Assembly: GCF_036321535.1 (NCBI RefSeq)
Contig: NC_087437.1
Span: 25,670,001-25,734,000, forward strand
DNA from: Camelus dromedarius
Taxonomy: Eukaryota
Direction: 5' to 3'
DNA length: 64,000 nucleotides
Below are positions 51,978-64,000 of the stretch, piece by piece (position 1 is the first letter of the stretch; each line of letters begins with the position of its first letter). A program made the translations under genes and the position numbers. The notes beneath the pieces were generated by a model. The model was not told where the DNA came from, did no database searches, and saw nothing but the letters and a program-made list of their open reading frames with translations.

Positions 51978-54900
51978 AATTACACTGAAATGTTTCTCCA
52001 GCAAAAGTAAATAAATATTAGGACTCCTTTCTCTCCCCTTCCAATTTTTTAAAAACTACTTCACCTGATAAAATATATATTAATATTTATTAGTAGTTAT
52101 CATTTTGCTATTAGGTGTTAAATACGTTACATGGATTATATCAGTTACTCTTTAAATGAACCCTTAGGGCTAAATGCCATTTTAATCACTCCCATTTTGA
52201 CAGATGTCAAAATGGAGGCATATGGCAGCTAAATGCCCTGCTCAACGTCGTAGACCTAATAAATGGAACAACAGACATTCAAACCCTAGCAGTCAAATTT
52301 TAAAATGTGTGCACTGAACTTCCACTCAGTGTGGTCCTCAGACCAGCAGCCTCAGATCACCTCGGAGCCTGTTAAAAACGCAGACTCTCAGCACCACACC
52401 CACCCCGGACTAAATGACCCACCATCTGTGCTGAGACACTGTGCTACAGCGCCTGAGACATCTACAGCTGGAAAGAATTCTGAATTTTGAGCCTTAGATA
52501 ACACGAGCAAATTCTCATTCCATGCCCCTAATTTGAGAGGTCACAGATCTGAAGCCCAGAACCTCTAAAAGACTTAGTGAAGGAAACTGAAGTTGAACTA
52601 AAATAGAACTTGCATCTCTGCAAGAGACTCAGCTACACTGAGCACTCTTGAAACTGAAATAAACCCAAGCAGCGCTTTCTTAAAACTCAGGTTTGGAGTT
52701 TTTTCCCCTCAAAATGCACCTACTCAGAACATGACCAAAACTATGCCTTTCTTCTAATACAAATGTATCAGGAAGTGGGGCAAGCAGAAACGAAAACATC
52801 AAAGCATTTTGAAAAGAAACCTTGAGCTGATCTACTTTTTGTGCCGTGCAAGTTCTTGGCTTTTACATAAAACTGAAAACAGGAAGAAAATTCATAATTA
52901 GGAGACTTGCTTATGTTTAGCACAGATTTAGAGTTTTGAATACAAATATAAATTAGCAAGTATTTAATGTTCTTTTCAAAACCAAGATCTTAGCAGAGAC
53001 AGTCTATCAAGCACTCTTATCGAAAGCTGAAAGCATGGCAATAAAATCTCATTTCAGGCTGAAACCAGACACACAAAGTCAGAAGTGATGAAGTCATTAT
53101 CGTTTGCTAGATTAAAAACACTCAGTCTCAATAACAACTCAGACCCAGTTCAGAGTAACAGCTTCAGTCTATCAGAGTAAATATTTTATGTGCCAAAATA
53201 TGTTGGGTACACAGTCTGTACCAAATTATGTGTTTAATTAGCTGCATTTCATCAGATGCCTTTATACCAAGGCTATCTCTTCTATATGACATATTCTTTC
53301 CATATAAACTGAATAAAATAGTCACTGAAAACAAATGCATTTAGAAAATAAGACTATAATTCCATATTCAAAATTCCTCAGCTTATATCTAAAGATTTTT
53401 CTCATAGTGTTTCTTTTTTTAAATAATGCATAAATATCTTATTTTTTCATTAAATTTAAGTTGGATTTTTAAGGCTTTAGCTTCAGGTATCACAAGTGAC
53501 ATATTAGGCTGTATTCGAAGGGAACAGACATTTCTGGAGTGCCATGCCAGACGCTTTACATCATTTTATTTAATCTCCCAACAATGCTATGTGACAGGTA
53601 TAAATAACCACCATATAAAGGAGAAAACCAAGACTCAAAGAATCTAAGAGAATCACCCATGGGTTTCACCAGAGGGGCAGCATTCGTATTTGAACCCAGG
53701 TTTGAGACCCAAACACGATGGCTTCCAAAAGTGACCATAAGTTCTTGTGGTCCATCATTCAAGGCCTCTGGAGTTGAAAGCGAACTGTTTCCTGTCTAAC
53801 AAGGGAAAGTTTACATCACAGACTCACAAGGAATGAGGAAATGGTGTTCCTTCCAGACACCTTAGACCCATGTCTCCATCCCACTAGAGCCCACGAAAAA
53901 GCAAAGGGTTACAGCTCTCCCCTAGTAATGAAGAAAATGGGAGCACTGTTCCATAGGGTGCAGGTTCATCCAGGAGCTAGTCAATGTCATCCAACAAGCC
54001 AGGGACAGTAATTCTCCCAACAATCCAGCATACAAGACACCATGGCTTGAACCTTGGTGTGTGGACCATAGTTCGTCTGGCTGCCCCAAAGAGAAAGCCA
54101 CCAGATTCTCCCCTTCATGCATCCCACTGTATCTACAGCTCTTATACAGAGCTGCCAGGCGTTCAGAAACTAAGTTTCCCATACACAAGCCTCTACAAGG
54201 ACTGCTAAATGCCAGCCATCCACCTCCTCAGCAAACATAGCATCTGGCCCTACATTCAAACCTCAATCCCACAGTCAAGTTGCCTGTTCACAGAGTCCAT
54301 AGACTTCAACTAACTTACAGGACAATTTGGTGACCAGAGAGGAATAAGATCGAATTTTAAAATGGCACTTGCTTGGGAGACCCAGGTCCCAAAAAGAGTG
54401 TATCCTAGCAGCCTTTATCAATATTGCTTCCTCAATTCAAATTCACTGCTCAGACCCTCACAGAGCCTTTCTAAAAGGTTCCAGTCTAAGCGAGCCTCCT
54501 CCCTCTCAGTTGCTCCCAGAGTTTGAGCCGCTGACTTTGGTAAATTATTATTTGTGTAGGGTTACTCCTGAGCATGCATCTATACTCCTGGAAATCAGCC
54601 ACTATTGCGTGGACTTATTTTTTATTCCTCAGAGCACCTAACACATCTATAACATAGTAAAGAATAAGACCAATGCTGGCAAGCTGCTTCAGCAGGGCCT
54701 CCTGGGATAACAATGCCTAGGTGGAGTGACCACTGTCCAGAATCCAACATGCAAAAATGTGATTAGGCGTGAACAGGCTCTGGTAAATGAATGTGTGTCA
54801 ATCAGCTCACCATGGTCTGACTTCTACAACGAGAATGCCAAATTATTAACTTAATATAGGCTTATGGGGTTGGAGTGAACTGGAGAACGCAGAGTAGATA

Positions 54901-55654
54901 CACTTGGGATAGACAGGTGGCATCCATCCCAATAAGTTGTTAAAGAGGCAAAAATGCAAACAGGCTGGGAAAACAAACGTCGTAAGATCATGCTAAGTAT
55001 CAACTTTATGCATTTCGGCCTAGCAAGTATCATGGAAAAAACAAAGCCAGCACAGTGCTTCCCAGCAGCCATCTCTGTCATAATCACCATTCTTACCTTT
55101 TGTTCAAAACAATACAGATGTCTCTGCTTTCCTACCTCAGAGAAGCCTGGAAATTGGGGCGTAGGGGACAGTACCACCCCCAGGGGTGAAGTTAGTGCCC
55201 CTAGAGGGTCACCTGCCTCCAAAGATCACTTTCTAAATATGTTCTCTATGCTCCTACGTCCTTGTCTCAGCCTCTGCTTTCAGAGGAACACAAATTAAGA
55301 GGGAAATGAAGGCAGGAGAAATGGCCAAATCATCCAGAAGAGATGAAAGACAGGCTTATGTAGATAATTCATACAGCATCCAGGATTATTCTTAAGGCCT
55401 TAAGTATCAATTTATCAGAAACTTTTTCTGACTGTGAACAGAAGTTACCAAATTTCCAGCGATATGTGATTCATTTGAGGAAATTAATAAAACAATTGGT
55501 TTAGTCAAATAGAAAACACTAAAGAAACTCCAATGATGATATTATCACTGCTAAGGTGCTAAAGAGATGGAGATCATGACAAAGGTTATAAAAAAAACAG
55601 CCTAAGCCTGTAAAGCTATGCATAATTGCCAATAACTGTTGCTGTTATATTTAA

Positions 55655-55885
55655 TTTTTAATTGACTTTATTTTTTAGAGCTATGTTAGGTTCACAGCAA
55701 AATTGAGCAGAAAGGACAGAGAGTCCCTATATAACTCCTGCCCCTTCACATGCAGAGCCTCCCCCATCAACATCTTGCACAAGGATATACATTTATTACA
55801 ATCAATGAACCAACACTGACACATCTCTGTCACTCAAAGCCCTTATTTAAAGTTCACTCTTGCTGTTGTACAGTCCATGGGTTTT
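55655..55885 (-). mobile_element. L1M 3' end fragment
   Basis: gactttattttttagagc...taggttcacagcaaaattgagcagaaag...caatgaaccaacactgacacatc. Confidence 0.75.
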
Positions 55886-56829
55886 ATATTTAATTTTAAA
55901 TTGCAAAATGATACACAAAAATGAGATCTTCCCCCAAAATGTTATAGTATGTGCTCAAAAAAAACACAGGTGGATTGCCAGTGAGCTAGCTAAAAGTCCT
56001 CAGAATAGATACCCAGGAATCCTACACAACACACCAGTTAGGTCAGTTCTTGACACATGGCAGAAATGTATATTCAGACAAGTAAAGAACAAGCTCACTG
56101 AGAAGGGCGGAACCTCGCGGTCATTCCCAGTAGCATAGCTGAGCCACTGCAAATCCTCACTCTTTGAATCCATAGACCATTTAAGTACTCTTTGAGAACG
56201 TAATATGAGTAGACAAAATCAAGATAACTCCAATCAAACTGGCAGAATAGTTGTTAGCAGCTTGGAAGAAAAAAGACAGGAGATAATGACAGAGCACTCT
56301 TTTAAGAAATGATCTGTCACCAATGCTCCTGACGCCTCCTGATGAGTGGAAAACACACACACTGAGGCCTCCAAGTGGAAAAAAAAATGATTCGCCAAAG
56401 CAAAATTCAGAATGTGAAGTTATTTCAAGAACAACAGCAAATTTATTGTGATAATATTTGTATTTTTATGTATGTACTATTGTAATGTATGTTTTTTAAA
56501 ACCTGTCTAAAAGATTTTAAAGTATGGAATAAAAATCCTAATTATTAAAAAATTTTTAATCTAATTAGTAACTTTTTTCTTTCTTAGTGACACAATTTGA
56601 TGGCATCTCAACTTCAATAAAATATGACAAGTGCTTACCAAATCATGGGAAGGTCTAGGGGAGCAAAAGTCTGTATAGCTGACTAATACACTAGGCTTCT
56701 CCCCTAAAATGCAATGCAATCAGTACCTTTAATATAATATAGGGGATGCAGATGATGGTTAAGTTAACAACAGACAACCTGCACCATTGCTTTGAAGATT
56801 CTGATGCTTAGGACTATTATTCTCAATTC

Positions 56830-57255
56830 TTAACTCACTCCCCAATAAAGGTGCACCTCTGTATTCTTTCCCACGTGACTTTTCAGCACTTCCCACTGTG
56901 GGCAGAGTATATATCTCAGCCTATGCAGTTCGGCTTGGCAGTTCGGCTTGGCATGTGATCTGCATGGGATGATGGAATTTTAGCAGATGTGATGCAAGCA
57001 GAAGTTTTAAATATGTTTGTGTGCTTTGGCCCGCTGACTTACATTTCTGTGGTCTGCAGTAAGGAGAGCATGCCCCCGGAGAGACGCTGGCACCGGTGAA
57101 GCAGACAGGAACCCGATTCACAGCCTGGAGCCAAGACTAGCCGATCCCAGAGCCCAGCCGAGCCACAGACAACTCACAAATCTGTGGAGGAGAAAATAAA
57201 TGTTTATTATTGTAAATCCCAAGAGTTTGACATTATTTATTATGCAGCAAAAATT
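56830..57255 (+). mobile_element. MLT1-type MaLR solo LTR
   Basis: ggcatgtga...tggaattttagcagatgtgatgcaagcagaag...cccagccgagcc...aaataaatgtttattattgtaa...ttatgcagcaa. Confidence 0.7.
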
Positions 57256-57879
57256 AATGTGAGGATTAAACATATAGCATGTAAAATGGTGCTTGGCACT
57301 AATTAACCACAATTCTTTCAGGAATCTTATAAATTACACTGAACAATAAAAATGTAAGCAATATATTTAGAGTCTTTGTTTAAAGATAATAGCAAATAAG
57401 AATAGCAGGCCTTCAATATGTAAAAAATGTTACCTCTTTGCATTTTTCTAGATCAAATTAAATCTAGTTTGATTACCAGGCATTAGGGCTAGCAAGAGAG
57501 CTAATAGCTGTCCTTTTTCAATCCCCATCCTTCTCTTCTATGATACCAAACCCCAAGACTTACTTAGTTCCAAACAGAGGGGGAAGGCCACACTTTTCAG
57601 AAAATTTCTGGAAGTAACAGTGATTTCAAAAAATATTTCATACCTTTCTGGGACATCTAAGACTTCAAACTGTATAAGTAATGCATGCTCTCTATGTTGT
57701 TAGAATCTGAGGGAGTAAATGTCACCCATTGTCTTAATTTATATTTATATTCCTAATTACTTAAATTAGAATTAGAATTAAGAGGATTTTACAGGGCTAT
57801 TTGGAAGTAATATTGGCTTTTAAAAAAAAGAAGATGGTCTATCACCATTTTAATTTAATGTACCCTTAAAAATGTAATC

Positions 57880-60800
57880 AGAGTAATGTAAAAAGTCAGA
57901 AGAGGATTTGTTTCAAGTGATATACAACAAGTTTGTGCATATGCAATTAAGTATACATCAGAATAAGTGTATAGAAAACCATTCAAAGAACAGCATCATT
58001 CTTTGAGGGGCAATTTGGCAATACTTATCAAGAGCCATAAAGTTTTTACATCCATGAACCTTGAAATCTCATTCTTAAAATAAATGTAAACCAATAAATC
58101 AAAAGAAAAAGATATATTTTCAAAGATGTTATACTTTTCTCTAGTAGTGAGAAATAAAAATAACTTAAAACATCAGAGAGCTTTGATAAATTCTGTGTAA
58201 TTGTTTTAGAATATCATGCAATGTATTAAAAATAAACAGTGTAGAACCATTAAAATAAACAAAAAGAACAACCCAAAAGAAGTACACTCAAAATAATGCA
58301 AGGTGAAAAACATTTGTAGCATAAAATAATGTGACTGTGTACGGCGAAAGGTTGGAAATGGAACACAAAGAGCTTGGGTATAGTATTTTAAATTCTACAC
58401 TTACATTTACATTCTAAACACTCTTTGTAAAAATAAAACCATAATACAAAACTATATGTTACTAGAAAAAAAAACTACAACTAGAAAAAAAAATGTTGGT
58501 CCCTAAAAATAGTGGCAAAGGGAGGTAGATCCATTTCCAGATCCTACTAGGAAGGTGAACAGGCATTATTGTTGGTTCTCATGCCCAAGATCAACCAAAG
58601 ACACCAAGATATGAGAAATTTTTGAAATGATGATAGAGGGCTGTTCCGAATTGCTGTGAAAGAGGAGTGGCTTCAGCCAGCACAAGAGGCAGCCCAGAAT
58701 AAAACAGAAAAGGTACTGTTGGGACAAAGAATACATACCCCACACCTACAGTAACTCAGACTTGGTCCAAGTGGTCGCTAAAGGAAAAAAAAAAAAGGAG
58801 ACTCCATGGCAGAAACCACTGTGATACGGTATAAAAAACAAGGTCATGACTTTAGGAAGTTGCCATGCTGAAGGAAGATTCCCCATCTAAAGCTGCTCTT
58901 TCCTGAGGGGCAATGAGCAAAGCCCTGCTTTAATTTCTTTTTTTGGAGTGAAGAGTGACTGATTCAATTTTTCACTGCCTAGGCCTGTCCACACTAGCCC
59001 TTATGCACACACCCTACTTTCACCTCCTGATCTGACTGTAGTGACTGACAGCGACAAGGGTCTGACCTTCCCCTATATGTATGGCTTGACAGAGTCAAAA
59101 ATACCCCAGGAAAAACAAGCCCACAAACCTACAGGATAAGATATTTGAGGAGTACAATGATCTGGATTTTAAATTCCATCAGAAGCAAAAATATCTAAAC
59201 TAATAATGTTAAATCAGCTTAATAAAATATTTTTTTCAAAAAGGGAAGAATGTCTCAATATGAAAAAAAGAAAAAATACATTAAAAAGAATCAAGCAGAT
59301 ATTTTAAAGATAAGACTGCAATAGTTGTAATAAAGAACAGAAAGATAAGATACATTTTAAAAAGGACAATGCTGAGAAAAGAAAGAAAAGGCAAAGAAAT
59401 GAAAAATATAAAAGTCAATAGGTATAAAGAAAAGAAACAGAAGTGCTAAAATCCAAATAATATAAATCACAGGAAGAAATTTTAAAAGAGTAGTAAATAA
59501 TGTAGATAAATGTCTCAGATTTTTTAAAGATAAGAGAACTAAGATTGAAAAAACCTCTAGAGTGTCAAAGAGGAGAAAGAAAAATCCACACATCATACTA
59601 AAATCTAAGAATAAGAAAGATAAAATCTAAAAGCTAGCAAAAAAAAAAAAAGCATATCCACATCAAAGGAATAAGAATCAAATTATTCAAGAGCAACACT
59701 GACTGTAAGAAGACTATGGAAGCAGAATTTCCAAAATATTGAAGGAAAAGAACTTGGAAATTAGAACTTTATATCCCCAATATCAGTCAAACGTAAAGGC
59801 TTGCTAAACATATTGTCAGGCAGATGAGGCCAGAAGGTTTACCATGCAAAGATCTACACTGAAAACAGGGTGGGGATTGTCTTAAGTAAGAGAACAAACA
59901 AACACAGGAGATACTGTAAGTGATATATGAATAAAAGAGATCCAATATCTTGGTTGTTACCTTAAGTTGGTTGCTATCTTAAAGAGAGGGTGAAAAGGAA
60001 ATCTATCATCAAAGTAAAAAAAGAAATATATTCACACACACAAAAAAAAATCCTATTTAAAATCCTAGATACTATCAGTATGTTGAAAGTTGGATCTCAC
60101 AAGGGATGTGAAAACAAGCTAAACAGTATCTCACAAAGTGCAGTTCACCAAACTGGTCTGTGAACTGTTCATTAGCTCTTGACAAGAGAACCTCACCAAC
60201 CACACTGCTTAGTTCAGCTGACGTGATTTTTACATATTTTCTCAATGAAGGGAGCAGCGTTTTAATCTACGTTCTGCCATGAGGTCCTTATCTACTTGTG
60301 GATCAGTAACAAACAATTTCCAGATCAGTACTTTGAGAACATATAGCTATCAATTTAAGAAGGGAGGGAGATGAAATGGGTGAAAAGAAATAGAAATAGG
60401 GGAAAAAAACAGAAATAATAAGCTGAGATATTTAAAACTGGCTCAAATACATTAGTAATCAGAATAAATAAATGTGAACTTTAAAAGATAAGTCAAAGTT
60501 TGGATTTTATAAAATCTAAAATATGCTACTTATAAGATATACCTAAAGCATAAGAAAACACAAAGGTTAAAAGTAAAAGGATAGAAAATGAAATATAAAG
60601 TAAATACAACTAAAACAAAATTGCTGTAGCTATACTAATAACAGACAAAATAAATGTTAAAGTAAAATATATTATTAGAGACAGGTAATTCAATTCCCTA
60701 CTTAATCCAATTCTCCAAGAAGATGAAGTAATTTTAATATGCAGTTATCAATAAAATTTCATTAAAGCACATGAAGTAAACTTATTGGAATTTCAGGGAC

Positions 60801-62360
60801 AGAGTAATAAATCCACCATCATAGTGAGAGATTTCAGCACACCTGTCTCAATTCTTGAGAAGTCAAATAGACAAAAAAAATCAGCAAGGGCATATAAGAC
60901 AGAACCAAAAAATTTAACCTAATGAACATACATTGAATTCTGCACCCAATAATTAGAATAAAAATATTGTTCTCAAATACATATGACTATTTACAAATAT
61001 TTATCATAAATTAGGTCATAAAGAGACCCTCAACTATTTTACAAAAATAAGTATACAACTAAGTTGGACATTAATAGTATATATATAAATTTTTGATCCC
61101 CACTTATTTGAGTTTTTTTTAAAACCCTGATAAATAACCTATGGATTAAAATGAGGTCATAATGAGAAATTTTAAAATATCTAGAACTGATTTAAAAATT
61201 TTAAAACTATATATCAAAATTTATGTGATACAGTAAAAACAGTGATCTGAAGGAAAGTTACAGCTTTAAACATGAATATTAAGGGAAGAAATGAAAGCCC
61301 CAAAAGTAACAAACTAATTGCCCAAATTAAGAGATCAGAAAAAGAACGGATAAAACTTTAAAAAAATACAAGATAAGGGATAAGCAAAAACAAAGATAAA
61401 GTAGAGAAGACTAACAAAGCCAAAGAATGGCTATTTGGAAAAACTAACAAAACAAATAAACTTTAGCAAAATTAATCATGAAAAGTAGAGAGAAGACACA
61501 AATGATTTTATAAACAAAAACTGAGACAATTACTACACAAAAAGTAGAGGCTAAAATGATTTTAAAAGGCTTCTACTTCCAAACAAGATGGTAAATCAGG
61601 GACCCAAATGACTCACTTGCCAAAAACAACTAAAAAAAAAAAGCCAAAAATACGGAACAGTAATTTTTATATATTGGTCATTAGGCAACAAGTGACAGTG
61701 AGTGATGCCTGAGAGGGGAAGATTTGAAGTGAGCCCCATAATTATCCCCGGCTTACTATCTGGAGAAAGTTTTCAGGCTGCCGCTCAGTAAGGATCTACA
61801 GTTATCTCTTAACACATTGCTAGTGGTAACATAAATTAGTGCAACAACTTTAAAAAAGAATTTACATTATCTTCTATACTTGAAGATTTACATAGCCTGT
61901 AGTCTAGCAATTCCACTCCTAGGTATATTTCAAGAGAAACTCTAGCACATGTAAGACAGGATGCATGTAAAAGGTTATTCACACCAGCATGATTCACATT
62001 AGAATAAACCTGGAAATACCACAAACATCCACCCACAGGTGACTGGATGAATATACCACAGTATACATACAGAGCAGTCAGAACTAATAAACTACACGGG
62101 GACATGTTGCCTTATGGATGACCACTAATATTGTAGTATTAATGTGAAAAAGTCCCTCAAGAATAGGTTCAACATGAGACTCTTTCTGTAAAGTTAAAAA
62201 TACATAAAATAAAATCTAAATAGGAATAAGTAGAATTACAAATAATTTACATAAAAAGGAAAGCAGCTTCCACTTCTAGGAAGATAGAATAGATGTATTT
62301 TTTCCAAATCTTCCAACTAAATACAACTACAAATCCTGAGCATAATATATAAGACTAACA
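57880..62360 (+). mobile_element. Cluster of ancient, highly degraded L1 (L1ME/L1MD-like) fragments
   Basis: Very A-rich plus strand with ORF1, endonuclease and 3' motifs (tccaccatcatagtgagagatttcagcacacctgtctca; tagcaattccactcctaggtata). Confidence 0.6.
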
Positions 62361-62473
62361 TCATGCTGTATATCACATCCCCATGACATTTATTTTATAA
62401 CTGGAAGTCTGTACCTTTTGACCTCTTCACTCATTTCACCCCCCTCCCCAAATCCTGAATGTCTGGAATACTG

Positions 62474-63206
62474 GTGACCAGTGCTAATACGGCAGCAGCC
62501 AGTGGCATCCACCTGCTCATCTCTCAAAGGTTGTCAGAATTTTCTCTTCACTACTCAATCATATCTACTTACACAAGCAGTTCAGGCAGTCAATAATGAA
62601 GAAATTTCTTTTACCAGAGACAAAGAGATATTTCACAGTATAGTATGCGGGATGCAATTTCTTCAGCTCATCCTGCCCCTAAGCACATAAAGAAGCCAGA
62701 CTATGTGATGACAGGCATTGTACCTGACTACAGAGACAGCATAGAAGAATGAAGATCAGATTCAAGGGCTTTGTCGGGGTCCTTGGCTGGACTGGTCATG
62801 TCCTCCTCCTGGCTGGGAAGACTTTAAAGGTTGACATGACAACTGAAGACAGAGATGCTCTTTTCATCGAGCAATCATCAATCATGATGAGGTTTTCCAA
62901 AATCTCTTTGCACCTCTGTAAACAAGGTGTTATGATATTCCTGGCAGTTGGCATCTTTAGGATTGGAGAGATATTATGAACTTTGATGTCACGGTCTATC
63001 ACAATGAGCACTGTGGAGATACCTCTGAAACATTTTTGGTGGGCAATGTAGATAAATGTGGTAAAAAGTTAGTGGAGGTTACCAAGAGGTGAAGAGATGA
63101 AACAACTGAAGCCTGCAGTGCATCCCCATCTCTTTAACTGGAAACATAATCAGCCACGGAACTCATCAGAGAGGTGTGCAAATGTGCCCACATTTTATGG
63201 ACATGG
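62474..63206 (+). pseudogene. METAP1D: Processed pseudogene of mitochondrial methionyl aminopeptidase 1D, 3'-truncated
   Basis: Intronless, degraded match to the recalled METAP1D coding sequence: start codon reads ACG at 62489 (..AASGIHLLI), then HIYLHKQ, KHIKKPDYVMTGIVPD, HVLLLAGKTLKVDMTTE, GFPKSLCTSVN, GDTSETFLVGNVDKCGKKLVEV and PHF.GHG. It has frameshifts and lacks the AYPSPLGY segment. Confidence 0.9.
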
Positions 63207-63679
63207 GCAGCGACACCTTTCCTTTGCCTCTAATGCTGGACAGGGCCAGGCCCTCCGCACCCAGCTGCAGGACCGGGCCCACCGTGAGGGTGGCAGCCTA
63301 GAGCAGGGCGGCCGTGCATGTCGTGACCCGCAGGGCCCACGGCCCGGCCACCTCTCAACCCCATCGTTGAAATATGCTGAAGCAGATACGGTGTTACCAG
63401 AGGCCCACGAGGAGGGGTAAGGTCGGGAAGCCTGACAGACCCCGCAGTGGCCCCGAATCCATTTCGGCCACACACACCCATTTGAGGCCAGGGATCAACA
63501 GATCGTTACCTTACAGTGACAGGGCTTCTGCAGCCTAAGGGCCAGACACACTAGGAGGGCGGCCAGGAAGAGATTCATGTCTGAAATGCAGAGGAGCCCA
63601 AACTCAGTGACCGAGAAGGCCACCTCTGCAGGGCCACGGCCTCCTCAGGCTCTCAGTTCATACACAAATAGCTGGAGAC

Positions 63680-64000
63680 GAAGGGCTTGCTCTCCGGGAG
63701 GGCCCCAGGCAGGGACAGGTCCACGGCTCGTTGCCATCCGGCACAGGCCTCCGGAGTGGCTGCGGCGGGAGTGGGCAGAGGGCCGGCTGGACCAGGGCAG
63801 GGGCAGAGCCCAGCGTGTCCGGCTGCTGGAACGGACAGGGGCGGGAACGCGAGGCCGTGTGGGCCGCCCCGGGCCCACGAGACCGCCGCCCGTGCGTCCC
63901 GGCTCGGCGGTTCTGTGCGCATGCGCAGCTGCGGGGCCAGCCGCGGCTCACGCCGTGTGCGGCAGGTACAGGGCGGCGAGGATCCCAGCGGCCGTGTCCA
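63680..64000. promoter_or_regulatory. CpG island / promoter-like region with GC box and NRF1 palindrome (gene not identifiable)
   Basis: Dense CpG; GGGGCGGG 63838-63845; TGCGCATGCGCA 63916-63927. The region runs off the end of the window. Confidence 0.6.

Noticed and set aside
56925..56953. 13-bp tandem duplication gcagttcggcttg
   Set aside because: A simple slippage duplication inside an old MLT1 LTR, with no evidence of function.
62749..62979. Functional METAP1D retrogene
   Set aside because: The start codon reads ACG, there are multiple frameshifts and deletions, and the C-terminal metal-binding region is missing.
63097..63951. GC-rich ORFs at the window end as protein-coding genes, or the CpG island as the GYG1 promoter
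   Set aside because: I recognised no protein, and long open frames are expected in GC-rich DNA. No GYG1 coding sequence is visible, so no gene was assigned.

Overview
Mammalian genomic DNA, very probably camelid: it carries a Vic-1-like tRNA-derived SINE and camelid-type L1 3' ends. The window holds the last two exons of pancreatic carboxypeptidase B (CPB1, + strand, catalytic residues intact) and all 11 exons of mast-cell carboxypeptidase A3 (CPA3, + strand, 15637-40571). The main result is that CPA3 looks inactivated. Exon lengths, reading frame (1254 nt, 417 codons plus stop), GT-AG sites, promoter motifs and poly(A) signal are all preserved. However, the zinc-binding HAREW motif has an in-frame TGA (R178*) and the catalytic FELRD motif reads FGPRD (E378G, L379P). 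Downstream is repeat-rich intergenic DNA with a compact GATA/STAT5/AP-1 motif cluster. Near the end is a METAP1D processed pseudogene that stops abruptly at ~63206 against a GC/CpG-rich block containing a perfect NRF1 palindrome. Two L1s show twin-priming 5' inversions. Gene and repeat identities come from recalled reference sequences, not database searches, and repeat boundaries are approximate.
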